DNA of 64,000 bases from Bacillota bacterium. Its GTDB lineage: Bacteria; Bacillota; Clostridia; TANB77; CAG-465. Made by a program: the position numbers and the translations under genes. The stretch covers positions 20,265 through 84,264 of the forward strand of contig JAEYPQ010000040.1 of the NCBI GenBank assembly GCA_023410645.1. Reading direction: 5' to 3'. Every line of letters begins with the position of its first letter. The stretch's first letter is position 1. Below are positions 19,716-29,658 of the stretch, piece by piece. The notes under the pieces were generated by a model. The model ran no database searches. It had not been told where the DNA came from and saw only the letters and a list, made by a program, of their open reading frames with translations.

Positions 19716-20303
19716 ATGCTTAAAGAGGAAAATTTAGCAGAGAAAATTAATAGTTTAGATCGTGTAACAACAGAAATCAGAAATAAATATTTCAAAGGTA
19801 AAAATTTTAAATATATTCGAGATTGGCTAGAAAATCACAACATAAATAAACACACTTTTATAGAGCTTGAATGTGCGGGTGTAGCTATACTTATATCTAA
19901 ACCTGGTGAAATTGAAAAAGTATTAGTACAGATTCGTTCTAGTGAAGATAATAGAATGGGATTTTTTGGTGGTGGGATTGAAGATGGCGAGTCATCAATA
20001 GATGCTGCTATAAGAGAGTTAAAAGAAGAAAGTGGTATAGAGATTTCTGGAACACAACTCGAATTTATAGAGATAAATGAGCATGATCTTGAATATAAGA
20101 ATGGTGATAAAGTATTTTATAAATCATATATATATTTACTTAAATTGGATTACTATCCTTTTATTAAAATTGATAATGAATCAAATGGATTTATGCTTAT
20201 TTCAAAAGAAAATTATAAAAATTTTACTTATTTGAAAGATACTAAATTATTTCAGTTACAACCATATTTATGGGAAACTTTAGTAAAAATTTTGAAATTG
20301 TAA
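19716..20303 (+). CDS. NUDIX hydrolase
   Basis: Nudix box GGGIEDGESSIDAAIRELKEESGI (GX5EX7REUXEEXGU). Confidence 0.8.
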   Translation: MLKEENLAEKINSLDRVTTEIRNKYFKGKNFKYIRDWLENHNINKHTFIELECAGVAILISKPGEIEKVLVQIRSSEDNRMGFFGGGIEDGESSIDAAIRELKEESGIEISGTQLEFIEINEHDLEYKNGDKVFYKSYIYLLKLDYYPFIKIDNESNGFMLISKENYKNFTYLKDTKLFQLQPYLWETLVKILKL

Positions 20304-20329
20304 TGAAATAATGAAGCAAGTGAACAAAA

Positions 20330-20343
20330 CGAAAATTTGTTCG
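20330..20343. promoter_or_regulatory. Near-consensus LexA/Cheo box CGAAAATTTGTTCG (one mismatch from CGAAC-N4-GTTCG)
   Basis: Sits inside a GAACAAA/TTTGTTC inverted repeat, about 235 bp upstream of uvrB. It could alternatively be part of the terminator for the NUDIX gene. Confidence 0.3.
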
Positions 20344-20576
20344 CTTTTTCTTGCTTTTTTATGCGATAAGTGATAAAATAATAATATATAAATAAACAAT
20401 TTTAAAATTGAGTATTTTGCAAAATGCTATGACTACAAATTTGAATCCAAATTCGTCTCAAGGCAAAAAAACACAATTTTGAGAGTAAAAAATTAAAATT
20501 GAGACAAATCTTGAGATTGATTTTTTTAAAAAAGTTGGTTGATAGTTATTGTAATCAATCAAAAAAGGAGGTAAAT

Positions 20577-22529
20577 ATGTTCAAATTACATTCAAAATAT
20601 AGCCCAAGTGGAGACCAACCACAGGCAATAGAAAAATTAGTTGAAGGAATTAATAAAGGTGAAAGGCATCAAACTTTACTTGGTGCAACTGGTACTGGAA
20701 AAACATTCACAATAGCAAATATAATTCAACAGGTGAACAAACCAACAATAGTAATGGCACATAATAAGACATTAGCTGGACAACTTTACTCAGAATTTAA
20801 AGAGTTATTTCCAGAAAATGCAGTAGAATATTTTATCAGCTATTACGACTATTATCAACCGGAAGCATATATTGCATCAACTGATACATATATAGAAAAA
20901 GATAGTAGTATAAACGATGAAATTGATAAACTTAGACATAGTGCGACAGCAGCATTATTTGAAAGGAAAGATGTAATCATTATAGCAAGTGTATCTGCAA
21001 TATATTCACTTGGTTCACCAGAAGATTACTCTAATTTGGTATTATCAGTTAGACCAGGAATGAAAAAATCAAGAGAAGATGTTTTAAAAAGTTTAATTGA
21101 AATGCAATATGAAAGAAATGATATTGAATTTGTAAGAGGTAAATTTAGAGTAAAAGGAGATATCGTTGATGTATTTCCAGCAGATAACAGTGAAGATGCA
21201 ATAAGACTTGAATTTTTTGGAGATGAAATAGAAAAGGTGAGTATAATTGAGGCAATTACAGGTAAAGTGAAAGCCTTATCAAAGCATGAATTTATATATC
21301 CAAAATCACATTATGTTATTCCAAGAGAAAAAATAGATGATGCCTTAGTAAAGATTGAAAAAGAATTAGAGGAAAGAGTAAAATATTTTAAGGAACACGA
21401 TAAGATTGTAGAAGCATATAGAATTGAACAAAGAACTAATTTTGACATGGAAATGTTACGTGAAACTGGATTTTGTCAAGGTATAGAAAACTATTCAGCA
21501 ATTTTAACAGGAAGAGAAACTGGTAGTACGCCATATACTTTATTTGATTATTTTGGAGATGATTTTTTAGTTGTTGTTGATGAATCTCATGTTACAATAC
21601 CACAAATTAGAGGGATGTATAATGGTGATAGAGCAAGAAAAGAATCTCTTATTGAAAATGGATTTAGATTACCTTCTGCTTTTGATAATAGACCACTTAG
21701 ATTTAATGAATGGGAATCAAAGGTTAAACAGGCAATATATGTAAGTGCAACACCAGCAGATTATGAGAAGGAAAACTCTGCACAAATTGCTGAACAAATT
21801 ATACGTCCTACTGGATTACTTGATCCTGAGATAATTGTAAAACCAACAGAAGGACAAATTGAAGATTTAACCAACAATATCCATGAGATAGCACAAAAAG
21901 GGCAAAGAGTTTTAGTTACTACTTTAACTAAGAAAATGGCAGAAGAACTTTCTAGTTATTTTAGTGATAAGGGAATAAAGGTAAGATATATGCATTCTGA
22001 TATTGAAGCTTTAGATAGACTTGAAATTATACGTGAATTAAGACTTGGTAAATTTGATGTATTAGTTGGAATTAATTTGTTAAGAGAAGGACTTGATATT
22101 CCAGAGGTTTCTCTTGTTGCTATATTAGATGCTGATAAAGAAGGATTCTTAAGAAGTGAGAGATCTTTAATTCAAACAATAGGAAGAGCTGCAAGAAATT
22201 CTGATGGAAAAGTAATCATGTATGCAGATGAACTTACTGATTCAATGGATAAGGCTATAACTGAGACAAATAGAAGAAGAAAAATTCAAATGGAATATAA
22301 TGAGAAACATGGTATAACTCCAAAGACTATAATAAAAGATATAAGAGATAGTATAAAAGCAACATTTAGTGCAGAAGAAGAAAAAACGGTTGATGTTAAA
22401 AATGGTGAAAATTTAGAACAAACTATTGAAAGATTAACAGAAGAAATGATGCAGTATGCAAGAAAATATGAATTTGAAAAGGCAGCTACGATACGTGATT
22501 TTATCGAAGAATTAAAAAATATGAAGTAA
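20577..22529 (+). CDS. uvrB: Excinuclease ABC subunit B
   Basis: Start reassigned to [21 protein letters not shown] after an AAGGAGG RBS. Walker A GATGTGKT, and the C-terminal UVR motif [10 protein letters not shown]. Confidence 0.9.
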   Translation: MFKLHSKYSPSGDQPQAIEKLVEGINKGERHQTLLGATGTGKTFTIANIIQQVNKPTIVMAHNKTLAGQLYSEFKELFPENAVEYFISYYDYYQPEAYIASTDTYIEKDSSINDEIDKLRHSATAALFERKDVIIIASVSAIYSLGSPEDYSNLVLSVRPGMKKSREDVLKSLIEMQYERNDIEFVRGKFRVKGDIVDVFPADNSEDAIRLEFFGDEIEKVSIIEAITGKVKALSKHEFIYPKSHYVIPREKIDDALVKIEKELEERVKYFKEHDKIVEAYRIEQRTNFDMEMLRETGFCQGIENYSAILTGRETGSTPYTLFDYFGDDFLVVVDESHVTIPQIRGMYNGDRARKESLIENGFRLPSAFDNRPLRFNEWESKVKQAIYVSATPADYEKENSAQIAEQIIRPTGLLDPEIIVKPTEGQIEDLTNNIHEIAQKGQRVLVTTLTKKMAEELSSYFSDKGIKVRYMHSDIEALDRLEIIRELRLGKFDVLVGINLLREGLDIPEVSLVAILDADKEGFLRSERSLIQTIGRAARNSDGKVIMYADELTDSMDKAITETNRRRKIQMEYNEKHGITPKTIIKDIRDSIKATFSAEEEKTVDVKNGENLEQTIERLTEEMMQYARKYEFEKAATIRDFIEELKNMK

Positions 22530-22644
22530 GAAGTATTAATATAAGTACTGTCACATATAATTTACTGGTAAATAATATTTTGTAAAATTGTAATTATTAA
22601 TTTAGTAACTTTTAAATAATTATTTAAATGAAAGGAGAAAAGTC

Positions 22645-23268
22645 ATGTATGAGAATGTACGGAATTTAAAGTTCGAATTTGATAGTATTATTTCTGAATA
22701 TGAAAAACCTTACTTAGATATTAGGAAAAAAGTTTCAGAATTTATAGGATCTTCAATTTTAGATATTGAAGTAAGAAAAGATGTAAGGGAAATATTAATT
22801 GATCTTTATCGTAAAGATTTACTTGATATTGTAGTTGAGGTCTTATGCTCTAAAAGGTACTTAGAATCACCATTTACCCAAAAACCAGAAATTTTTTTGT
22901 ATGAAATTGCAAAGCAAAGTAAATTTAACAGAGTAGATTTGCAGACTAAATACTTAAGGAAACGTGATTCAATTTCAAGAGTAATAGGAATATATAATAC
23001 TTATTTACTTGAGATAATAATCGAGTTTCAAATACTTGTCATTAATATGAAAGAAAATGATTATCCTAAGTTATTAAGAATATTAAAATCAATTAAAGAA
23101 CTAAGATATGTGCAGCCTTTTTTAGATTTACACGTATATGAATTATGTCCACTAAAGTTTGATTCTTTAATCCAATTAACTGAAAGTATTTTAAATTGCA
23201 AGGATAGATTAACTGAAACAGATATAATTGCAGCAATTGAAACGAAGATAGAAGAATTATGTGATTAA
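22645..23268 (+). CDS. Hypothetical protein
   Basis: ORF with an AAGGAG RBS. No recognisable motif. Confidence 0.4.
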   Translation: MYENVRNLKFEFDSIISEYEKPYLDIRKKVSEFIGSSILDIEVRKDVREILIDLYRKDLLDIVVEVLCSKRYLESPFTQKPEIFLYEIAKQSKFNRVDLQTKYLRKRDSISRVIGIYNTYLLEIIIEFQILVINMKENDYPKLLRILKSIKELRYVQPFLDLHVYELCPLKFDSLIQLTESILNCKDRLTETDIIAAIETKIEELCD

Positions 23269-23299
23269 ATTAATATTAGGTTATCTTGTATAAAAACTT

Positions 23300-23334
23300 A
23301 GACACAGTGTAAAATCTGTGTCTTTTTTGTTTTA
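23300..23334 (+). terminator. Rho-independent terminator
   Basis: Stem AGACACAG / CTGTGTCT followed by TTTTTTGTTTT. Confidence 0.75.
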
Positions 23335-23335
23335 A

Positions 23336-23380
23336 AAATATTACATTTATTAAAAATTACGTAATCAAAATGTAATATTT
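23336..23380. repeat. Perfect 13-bp inverted repeat AAATATTACATTT ... AAATGTAATATTT with a 19-bp spacer containing the palindrome TTACGTAA
   Basis: Read directly from the sequence, about 58 bp upstream of the yabP start. Confidence 0.6.
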
Positions 23381-23437
23381 TTTATACTCGTGAATATATA
23401 ATAATATAACATTAGATAAAATATAGAGGTGAAAGAA

Positions 23438-23719
23438 ATGGAAGATAAAAAAAAGGTAGTAACAAATCAAAACATTATAATGGAAAATAGAGAAAAAATA
23501 ACAGTAACAGGTGTAATTGATATACACAGTTTTGATGATGAATTGGTCCTTGCACAAACTGATTTAGGTATTTTAACAATTAAAGGTGACGATTTAAAGA
23601 TGAATAAATTGAATTTAGACAACAATGAATTGATTGTTGAAGGGCAAATAATGGCAGTGGCATACAGTGATATAGCAGGCAATAAAAAAAATGGATTTAT
23701 GAATAAGTTATTCAAATAG
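23438..23719 (+). CDS. yabP: Sporulation protein YabP
   Basis: YabP-family sequence (ENREKITVTGVIDIHSFDDELVLAQTDLGILTIKGDDLKMNKLNLDNNELIVEG). Start set to the ATG after a GAGGTG RBS. Conserved yabP-yabQ-divIC gene order. Confidence 0.8.
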   Translation: MEDKKKVVTNQNIIMENREKITVTGVIDIHSFDDELVLAQTDLGILTIKGDDLKMNKLNLDNNELIVEGQIMAVAYSDIAGNKKNGFMNKLFK

Positions 23720-23734
23720 AAAGAAAAGGGATAT

Positions 23735-24259
23735 ATGTATATTTCAAATGAATTATTTACTTTCTCTAAATTCGTAATTATAGGTATTATTATTTCAATT
23801 ATATTTGATTTTTTTAGAGCATATAGAAAAACAAAAAAGGTCAGTAATACTGTCGTAATAATTCAAGATATAATATATTTCATTATTGCGACAATTATAG
23901 TAACACTTAGCATAATATTTTTCTTAGATTCGGTTATAAGACTATATATTTTTGTAGCCATAATTATTGGTTGTTTAATATATTTGTCTTTTTTCAGCAA
24001 GTATATTATGAAATTTTACATTAATTCAATTAAAACTTTTAAGGCGGCTATCGACTTATTTTTTACTCCAATAAGGCTGTTTATGCAGTTTATTCATATA
24101 ATTTATAATTTTTTGGAAAAATATATAAAAAAATGTTGCAAAATGATAAAAAATATGGTATTGTATTTATACAAACGCATAGTTCACGGGTTAAAGAAGA
24201 TTAGGATAAAGAAAAAAAAGAATACAAAAGAGGGTTCAAAAGATGAAAAAAGTGCATAA
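23735..24259 (+). CDS. yabQ: Spore cortex biosynthesis membrane protein YabQ
   Basis: Small multi-TM protein immediately after yabP and before divIC, as in the Bacillus and Clostridium yabPQ-divIC locus. Confidence 0.6.
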   Translation: MYISNELFTFSKFVIIGIIISIIFDFFRAYRKTKKVSNTVVIIQDIIYFIIATIIVTLSIIFFLDSVIRLYIFVAIIIGCLIYLSFFSKYIMKFYINSIKTFKAAIDLFFTPIRLFMQFIHIIYNFLEKYIKKCCKMIKNMVLYLYKRIVHGLKKIRIKKKKNTKEGSKDEKSA

Positions 24260-24548
24260 TGTTGCTATTAAAAATAATGATAAAAGAAATGGATTAATCA
24301 AAGTAGCTTCTTTATTTTTTGTTGTATATTTTATATATACTATGGTTAATCAACAAATTCAAATTAATAAATATAATTCACAAATACAGATGTATTCTTC
24401 AGATATTGAGTCTAAGCAAAAATTAGTGGAATATTACAAGAATCAGAAAAATAATATTCAAAGTGATCAGTACATAGAATCAGTTGCAAGAGATATTCTT
24501 GGATATGTAAAACCATATGAGAAAATTTTTGTGGATGTTAATAGATAA
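24243..24548 (+). CDS. divIC: Septum formation initiator DivIC/FtsB family
   Basis: Single N-terminal TM followed by a coiled-coil region. Located after yabQ. Confidence 0.65.
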   Translation: MKKVHNVAIKNNDKRNGLIKVASLFFVVYFIYTMVNQQIQINKYNSQIQMYSSDIESKQKLVEYYKNQKNNIQSDQYIESVARDILGYVKPYEKIFVDVNR

Positions 24549-24671
24549 ATATTAGTATATGAAATGGTACGTAAAGTATCATTTTTTTTGTTTTTTTGTT
24601 GCATAATTCTTTTATTTATGATATAAGTTTGCTATGAAAAACATAATGTATTATGATAGAAGGGAGTTAGT

Positions 24672-25403
24672 ATGATTAGTGTTAAAAATCTTACAAAAAA
24701 ATTTGATAGCTTTGCTGCTGTTGATAATTTAAATTTAGACATAAATGATGGTGAAGTTTTTGGGTTACTTGGTGAAAATGGCGCTGGTAAAACAACAACT
24801 TTGAGAATGCTTGCAACTATGTTAAAACCAACTTTTGGTACAGTATTAGTTAATAATTTTGATACTGTTAAAGATGATGAAAAAGTAAGAGAGAATATTG
24901 GAATATTATTTGGAGGAGAAACTGGTCTTTATGATAGGCTTACTGCAAGAGAAAATATTGAGTATTTTGGCGACTTATATGATATGCCAAAAGATGAATT
25001 AAATAAATCAATAAATAAGGTTTCAAAAATACTTGATATGGATGAGTATATAGATAAAAGAGTTGGAAAATTCTCTAAAGGTATGAAACAAAAAACAGCT
25101 TTTGCAAGAGCAACAATTCATAATCCAAAGATATTATTACTTGATGAACCTACATCTGGACTTGACGTTACTGCTGCAAGACAAGTTCATGATTTTATAA
25201 AAGCTTGTAAAGATGAAGGCAGAACTGTAATTTTTTCTTCACATTCCATGGAAGAAGTTGAAAAACTTTGTGATAGAGTAGCAATAATACATAAAGGAAA
25301 GTTATTAGAAGTAGGAACTTTATCAGAATTAAAAGAAAAATATAATGATGATAATCTATCTAATATATTTACTAAACTAATAGAAGATGGAGGAGAAAAG
25401 TAA
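24672..25403 (+). CDS. ABC transporter ATP-binding protein (NatA-like)
   Basis: Walker A GENGAGKTT, signature FSKGMKQK, Walker B LLLDEPTSGLD. Confidence 0.85.
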   Translation: MISVKNLTKKFDSFAAVDNLNLDINDGEVFGLLGENGAGKTTTLRMLATMLKPTFGTVLVNNFDTVKDDEKVRENIGILFGGETGLYDRLTARENIEYFGDLYDMPKDELNKSINKVSKILDMDEYIDKRVGKFSKGMKQKTAFARATIHNPKILLLDEPTSGLDVTAARQVHDFIKACKDEGRTVIFSSHSMEEVEKLCDRVAIIHKGKLLEVGTLSELKEKYNDDNLSNIFTKLIEDGGEK

Positions 25404-26650
25404 TGAATTTTAGGCATATAGTTATAGTTTTTAAAAAAGAAATGAAGGATTGCTTTAGAGATAAGAAATCTGTAATTAGTAATATTTTATTACCACTTAT
25501 ATTAATACCAGCTATATATTTCCTTATGAATATGATGATTAAAGGAAATACCAAAGAAATACAAGAAAATATGAAAATTGGTATTGTATATCAAAAAGAT
25601 ATATCAAAAGCTGAGGCCTTTACAAAAGATAGTATTGTTGGTCAAGATAAGGCTGAAATAATTACCTATACTACTGAAGAGCAAGCCACTGAAAGTTTAA
25701 TGAATGGTAATTTAAATTGTGTAATAATATATTCAGATGAATTTTTTAATAATATAGAAAAAAATATTATATCAAATGTAAAATTAAAATATGATTCAAC
25801 TAGAAATACTTCACAACTTGGTATGCAAATTATAAGTTCAAAATTAAGTACACTTAACACAAATCTTGCTCAAAAACGTCTAGAAGAACTAAATATACCA
25901 AAAGATGTATTATCTCTAATCGCAATTAATGTTGAAGATGCATATGTTCCAGTTACAGATAATTCTTCAAATGGAGCAAATGAAATTTTAATTGTTATAC
26001 TTCCAATGTACCTTGCAACTGTAATTGTTTCTTCAGGTATGCCACTTGCACTTGATTTGTTTGCAGGTGAGAGAGAAAGAAATACATTTGAAGCATTATT
26101 TTCAACAAAGGCAAACAGACTTTCCATACTTATAGGAAAATATATATCTGTACTGGTATTTTCGATAATATCAATATTTACGTCATTCATTGGTCTAATA
26201 CTTGGAATAGCATTAAATCCAGAGATGTTTACAAATAATGTTGAAAATTTTAATGTATTTTCGCTACTTTCATCAATGAATATTCCTATCTCAGCATTGT
26301 TACTTGTATTGCTTTCATCAATAACTCTTGCAATAGTATTTGGTGGAATACAAATAGCTATAAGTACATATTCAAAGAGCTTAAAAGGTGCACAGACATA
26401 CTTATCATACTTAGTATTTGTAGGAATGGTACCAGGTTTTATGTCTATGAGCATGGGAGCTGGAGATATGCAAAATTTTATGGCATTTATTCCAGTATTT
26501 AATACAATAGCTTCAATTAAGATGGTGCTTAGTGGAATAATTAATTATGGTTTCTTAATATGGGGAGTAGTAACAAATTTAGTATTCTCTGGTTTAATAT
26601 CAGCATGGGTAATCAAAATGTTTAATAAAGAAAAAATTATAATTAGATAA
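25403..26650 (+). CDS. ABC-2 type transporter permease (NatB-like)
   Basis: N-terminal TM, large extracytoplasmic loop, then a C-terminal multi-TM domain. Start codon overlaps the ATPase stop. Confidence 0.7.
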   Translation: MNFRHIVIVFKKEMKDCFRDKKSVISNILLPLILIPAIYFLMNMMIKGNTKEIQENMKIGIVYQKDISKAEAFTKDSIVGQDKAEIITYTTEEQATESLMNGNLNCVIIYSDEFFNNIEKNIISNVKLKYDSTRNTSQLGMQIISSKLSTLNTNLAQKRLEELNIPKDVLSLIAINVEDAYVPVTDNSSNGANEILIVILPMYLATVIVSSGMPLALDLFAGERERNTFEALFSTKANRLSILIGKYISVLVFSIISIFTSFIGLILGIALNPEMFTNNVENFNVFSLLSSMNIPISALLLVLLSSITLAIVFGGIQIAISTYSKSLKGAQTYLSYLVFVGMVPGFMSMSMGAGDMQNFMAFIPVFNTIASIKMVLSGIINYGFLIWGVVTNLVFSGLISAWVIKMFNKEKIIIR

Positions 26651-26668
26651 AAATTTGATACAAAAAAT

Positions 26669-26710
26669 AACTTAAAAAGGTGCTAATCATCCTTTTTAAG
26701 TTATTTTTAT
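26669..26710. terminator. Bidirectional Rho-independent terminator
   Basis: Perfect 12-bp stem AACTTAAAAAGG / CCTTTTTAAGTT with flanking T/A runs, lying between convergent genes. Confidence 0.75.
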
Positions 26711-27442
26711 AAATTTTATTGTTACGTTTTGATTATCATTTGTAGCAAGTATTTTTATATCACCATCTGTATTGTTTTTAAACTTCAAGTCAAGAGAACC
26801 ATAAAATACAGTAGCATCTTTATCTTTTGGCACGTAATATACTCTTCTACTATGTGGATGTCTTTCTGTTATCTCTAAACCTGCAATTAATGCTGCATTA
26901 TATACAGTACTACTAATTTGACACATACCACCACCAAAAACTTTTATTTTATCTCCTTCAGAGTCAAATCCTACAGCTTCTTTATATCCTTGTTCTTCTC
27001 CCATTGGTCCAATAGTATTATTAAATGAAAATTCTTCACCTTTTTTTATTATTGCATTGTTTAATTTCGAATCTGCTAAAGTTATATTGTGCACTCTATT
27101 TGCATCCTTATCATAAAGTGTAGAAGTAAATGAAGCTATTTCAGTTTCAACAGGAGTCTTTACTGGGACTTTATTGGGGTCTACATTCATATTATTTTTT
27201 TCATCTTCTGTTATATCTCCAGAAGTAGATGAGTTTGAATTATTTCCAGAAGAATTTGAATTGTTTTCTGAAGAATTGGGTATATTATTTGATGTATTAT
27301 TTGTTTCAGATTTTCCTATTAAGTTGCTTGAAATATTACTATTTGAAACAAAAACAGAATATACGACAAAGAAAATTGAAGCAATTATAACAATAGAGAC
27401 AATAATTAATAAAATTTTTTCACTATTATCTTCTTTTTTCAT
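26696..27442 (-). CDS. VanW-family protein (TM anchor, Asn/Ser-rich linker, VanW domain)
   Basis: C-terminal GGGMCQISSTVYNAALIAGLEITERHPHS matches the VanW domain. Low-complexity NNSNSSGNNSNSS linker. Confidence 0.7.
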   Translation of the reverse strand: MKKEDNSEKILLIIVSIVIIASIFFVVYSVFVSNSNISSNLIGKSETNNTSNNIPNSSENNSNSSGNNSNSSTSGDITEDEKNNMNVDPNKVPVKTPVETEIASFTSTLYDKDANRVHNITLADSKLNNAIIKKGEEFSFNNTIGPMGEEQGYKEAVGFDSEGDKIKVFGGGMCQISSTVYNAALIAGLEITERHPHSRRVYYVPKDKDATVFYGSLDLKFKNNTDGDIKILATNDNQNVTIKFIKIT

Positions 27443-27530
27443 AAATGTTCTCCTTATATAAACATTATATATAATATATTTTGTGTAAATAAAAATAAAA
27501 TATGTAATTTTAGAATTTGAAAAAAATGGT

Positions 27531-27580
27531 TTTAAAAAAACTGTTTAAATATTAAATAAAAATATTTAAACAATTTTTTA
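27531..27580. terminator. Rho-independent terminator serving asnB on the minus strand (bidirectional)
   Basis: 12-bp stem TGTTTAAATATT / AATATTTAAACA with A-runs and T-runs on either side. Confidence 0.6.
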
Positions 27581-27600
27581 AATTTTAATTATGTAAAAAT

Positions 27601-29460
27601 TTATAATTCAAGTTTTATATTGTATAATTCAAGCCACTTTTCAATTTGTATCAAAAATGCAAGTGTTTGAGGATATGTCATAAGTTGACCAAATAGATTT
27701 TCAGTTAAATTTTCTCCATGTATATTAATTAAGTCTCTCACAAAATTTTCATTTATTATTTCATGTATTTTTGAATTTTTATTATCTAATATACTTAACA
27801 TTCTTTCTTCAACCAATTTTAAATATTTTGGATCATAAGTCTTTGGAAATGGAGATTTCTTTCTATATATAACATCTTGTGGAAGCTCATTTTCAAAAGC
27901 TTTTCTAAGTAGATATTTTTCAACGGGTTCGTTATTTTTTGAAAGACCAAGTTTCATTCTTGCAGGCAAATTATATACATAATCGAAAATTCTATGATCT
28001 GCATATGGAACTCTAACTTCTAAAGAGTTAGCCATAGACATTCTATCAGTACGTTCAACAAGAGTATTCATAAACCATTTAACAGTGAGATAATTTATAT
28101 TTCTAAATCTATTTTCAAACTCATCATTTGAGTTTAAATGGGTTACATTTTTTAAAGTTTCTTGTCTTGCACTTTCAACATATTCTCTTAGTTCATTACT
28201 TTTAAGAATACCCTCTTTTATAAGATTATCTCTTAGATTTTCAGATAATGCCCATGGAAATCCATTGTGTGAGACAAGATGCTCTCTATAAAACCAAGGA
28301 TATCCACCAAAAATTTCATCAGAGCATTCTCCAGAAAGACATACTTTAAATCCATTTTCATTTATTTTTTTGCAAAATGCAAACATAGAACTATCTATGT
28401 CAGCCATTCCTGGCATGTCACGAGCGATCATTGATTCATCTAATAAATCAAATAAATATGTATTTTCAATTTGAATTGTTTTATGATTTGTTTTTAAGAA
28501 ATCTTTCATTATTTTCACATAATCACTATCTTTTGTGAGTTGATATGAATTTGATTTGAAATCTTGATCATTGCCAACAAAGTCAATTGAAAATGTTACA
28601 ATATTATCAATATTATCCTTTGCTACTTTTGTCAATATACTTGAATCAAGTCCACCAGATAGCATAGAACATATTCCAACATCAGATACGAGTTGTCTTT
28701 TGGCAGCATCATTTACAAGATAATGTATTTCTTCAATAGCTGTTTCCTCTGAATCCATGCATTCTCTTGTCTCTAAATCCCAGTATTTGTTTATGTCAAA
28801 AAAGCCATCTTTGTAAAATCCTGTGTATCCAGGTTTTATTTCTAAAATATTTTTAAAATATGTTTTCCCTGGACTGTGAGCAGGACCAAGTCCGATAAGT
28901 TCCATTAATCCCTGTTTGTCTAATGTCGGTTCAACATCAGGATGAGCAAGTATTGCTTTTATTTCAGATCCAAATATTAAAGTTGTATCATCACCTCTAC
29001 TAGAAATGGTATAAAATAAAGGCTTTATACCAAGTCGATCTCTTACAAAAAATAAAGATTTGTTATTTTTATCATATATTACAAAAGCAAATATACCATT
29101 TATGTATTCAACACATTTTTCACCGTATTCAATATAGCTTGTAAGTACTACCTCAGTATCACAACTAGTTGAAAAGCTATGTCCTTTAGAAATAAGTTCA
29201 TCTCTAAGTTCTTTCGTATTATACATCTCACCATTATATGCTATTGTATATTCATTTTCTTTAAAATTTTTGGTCATTGGCTGATGTCCAAGTGCCACGT
29301 CAATTATGCTAAGTCTTGCATGACCAATTGCAACATTATCATTTACATATATATTTTGTGCATTAGGACCTCTTTTTTTTAATCTATTATTCATATTTTC
29401 TATAACTTTTTCATCTGTTATATCTTTTTCAAAATTGACGTAACCACAAAAACCACACAT
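27601..29460 (-). CDS. asnB: Asparagine synthase (glutamine-hydrolysing)
   Basis: N-terminal MCGFCGY with the Cys2 nucleophile. SGGLDSS PP-loop motif. 619 aa. Confidence 0.9.
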   Translation of the reverse strand: MCGFCGYVNFEKDITDEKVIENMNNRLKKRGPNAQNIYVNDNVAIGHARLSIIDVALGHQPMTKNFKENEYTIAYNGEMYNTKELRDELISKGHSFSTSCDTEVVLTSYIEYGEKCVEYINGIFAFVIYDKNNKSLFFVRDRLGIKPLFYTISSRGDDTTLIFGSEIKAILAHPDVEPTLDKQGLMELIGLGPAHSPGKTYFKNILEIKPGYTGFYKDGFFDINKYWDLETRECMDSEETAIEEIHYLVNDAAKRQLVSDVGICSMLSGGLDSSILTKVAKDNIDNIVTFSIDFVGNDQDFKSNSYQLTKDSDYVKIMKDFLKTNHKTIQIENTYLFDLLDESMIARDMPGMADIDSSMFAFCKKINENGFKVCLSGECSDEIFGGYPWFYREHLVSHNGFPWALSENLRDNLIKEGILKSNELREYVESARQETLKNVTHLNSNDEFENRFRNINYLTVKWFMNTLVERTDRMSMANSLEVRVPYADHRIFDYVYNLPARMKLGLSKNNEPVEKYLLRKAFENELPQDVIYRKKSPFPKTYDPKYLKLVEERMLSILDNKNSKIHEIINENFVRDLINIHGENLTENLFGQLMTYPQTLAFLIQIEKWLELYNIKLEL

Positions 29461-29581
29461 AATATCACCTCATAAAATAAATTACTATAATTATATTATA
29501 TTTAAAAATAACTGATATGATACTAAGCTTTTAATAATAACTAGTAAAGTTACAAAAAATATGTGATATTATCATAAAATG

Positions 29582-29610
29582 TTGATATATGTCTTTTAAT
29601 ATTATATAAT
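29582..29610 (+). promoter_or_regulatory. Sigma-A-type promoter (-35 TTGATA, 17-nt spacer, -10 TATAAT)
   Basis: Hexamers read directly, about 50 nt upstream of the 29659 start. Confidence 0.5.
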
Positions 29611-29658
29611 TTAAATAATAAATTCAAAATGATTTTTGATATATTTTTGGGAGGATAT

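Noticed and set aside
20440-20520. TTGAGA / TCTCAAG repeat cluster upstream of uvrB as a CRISPR-like or mobile-element repeat
   Set aside because: Only 6-7-bp units at irregular spacing, with no spacer-repeat periodicity and no cas or transposase genes. It is more likely promoter or operator sequence, or chance.
23357-23715. Minus-strand ORFs antisense to yabP
   Set aside because: yabP is strongly supported by family resemblance and RBS. The antisense frames are artefacts.
25870-26454. 194-aa minus-strand ORF inside the ABC permease gene
   Set aside because: The forward-strand permease has a coherent TM topology and operon context. The reverse frame has no motif.
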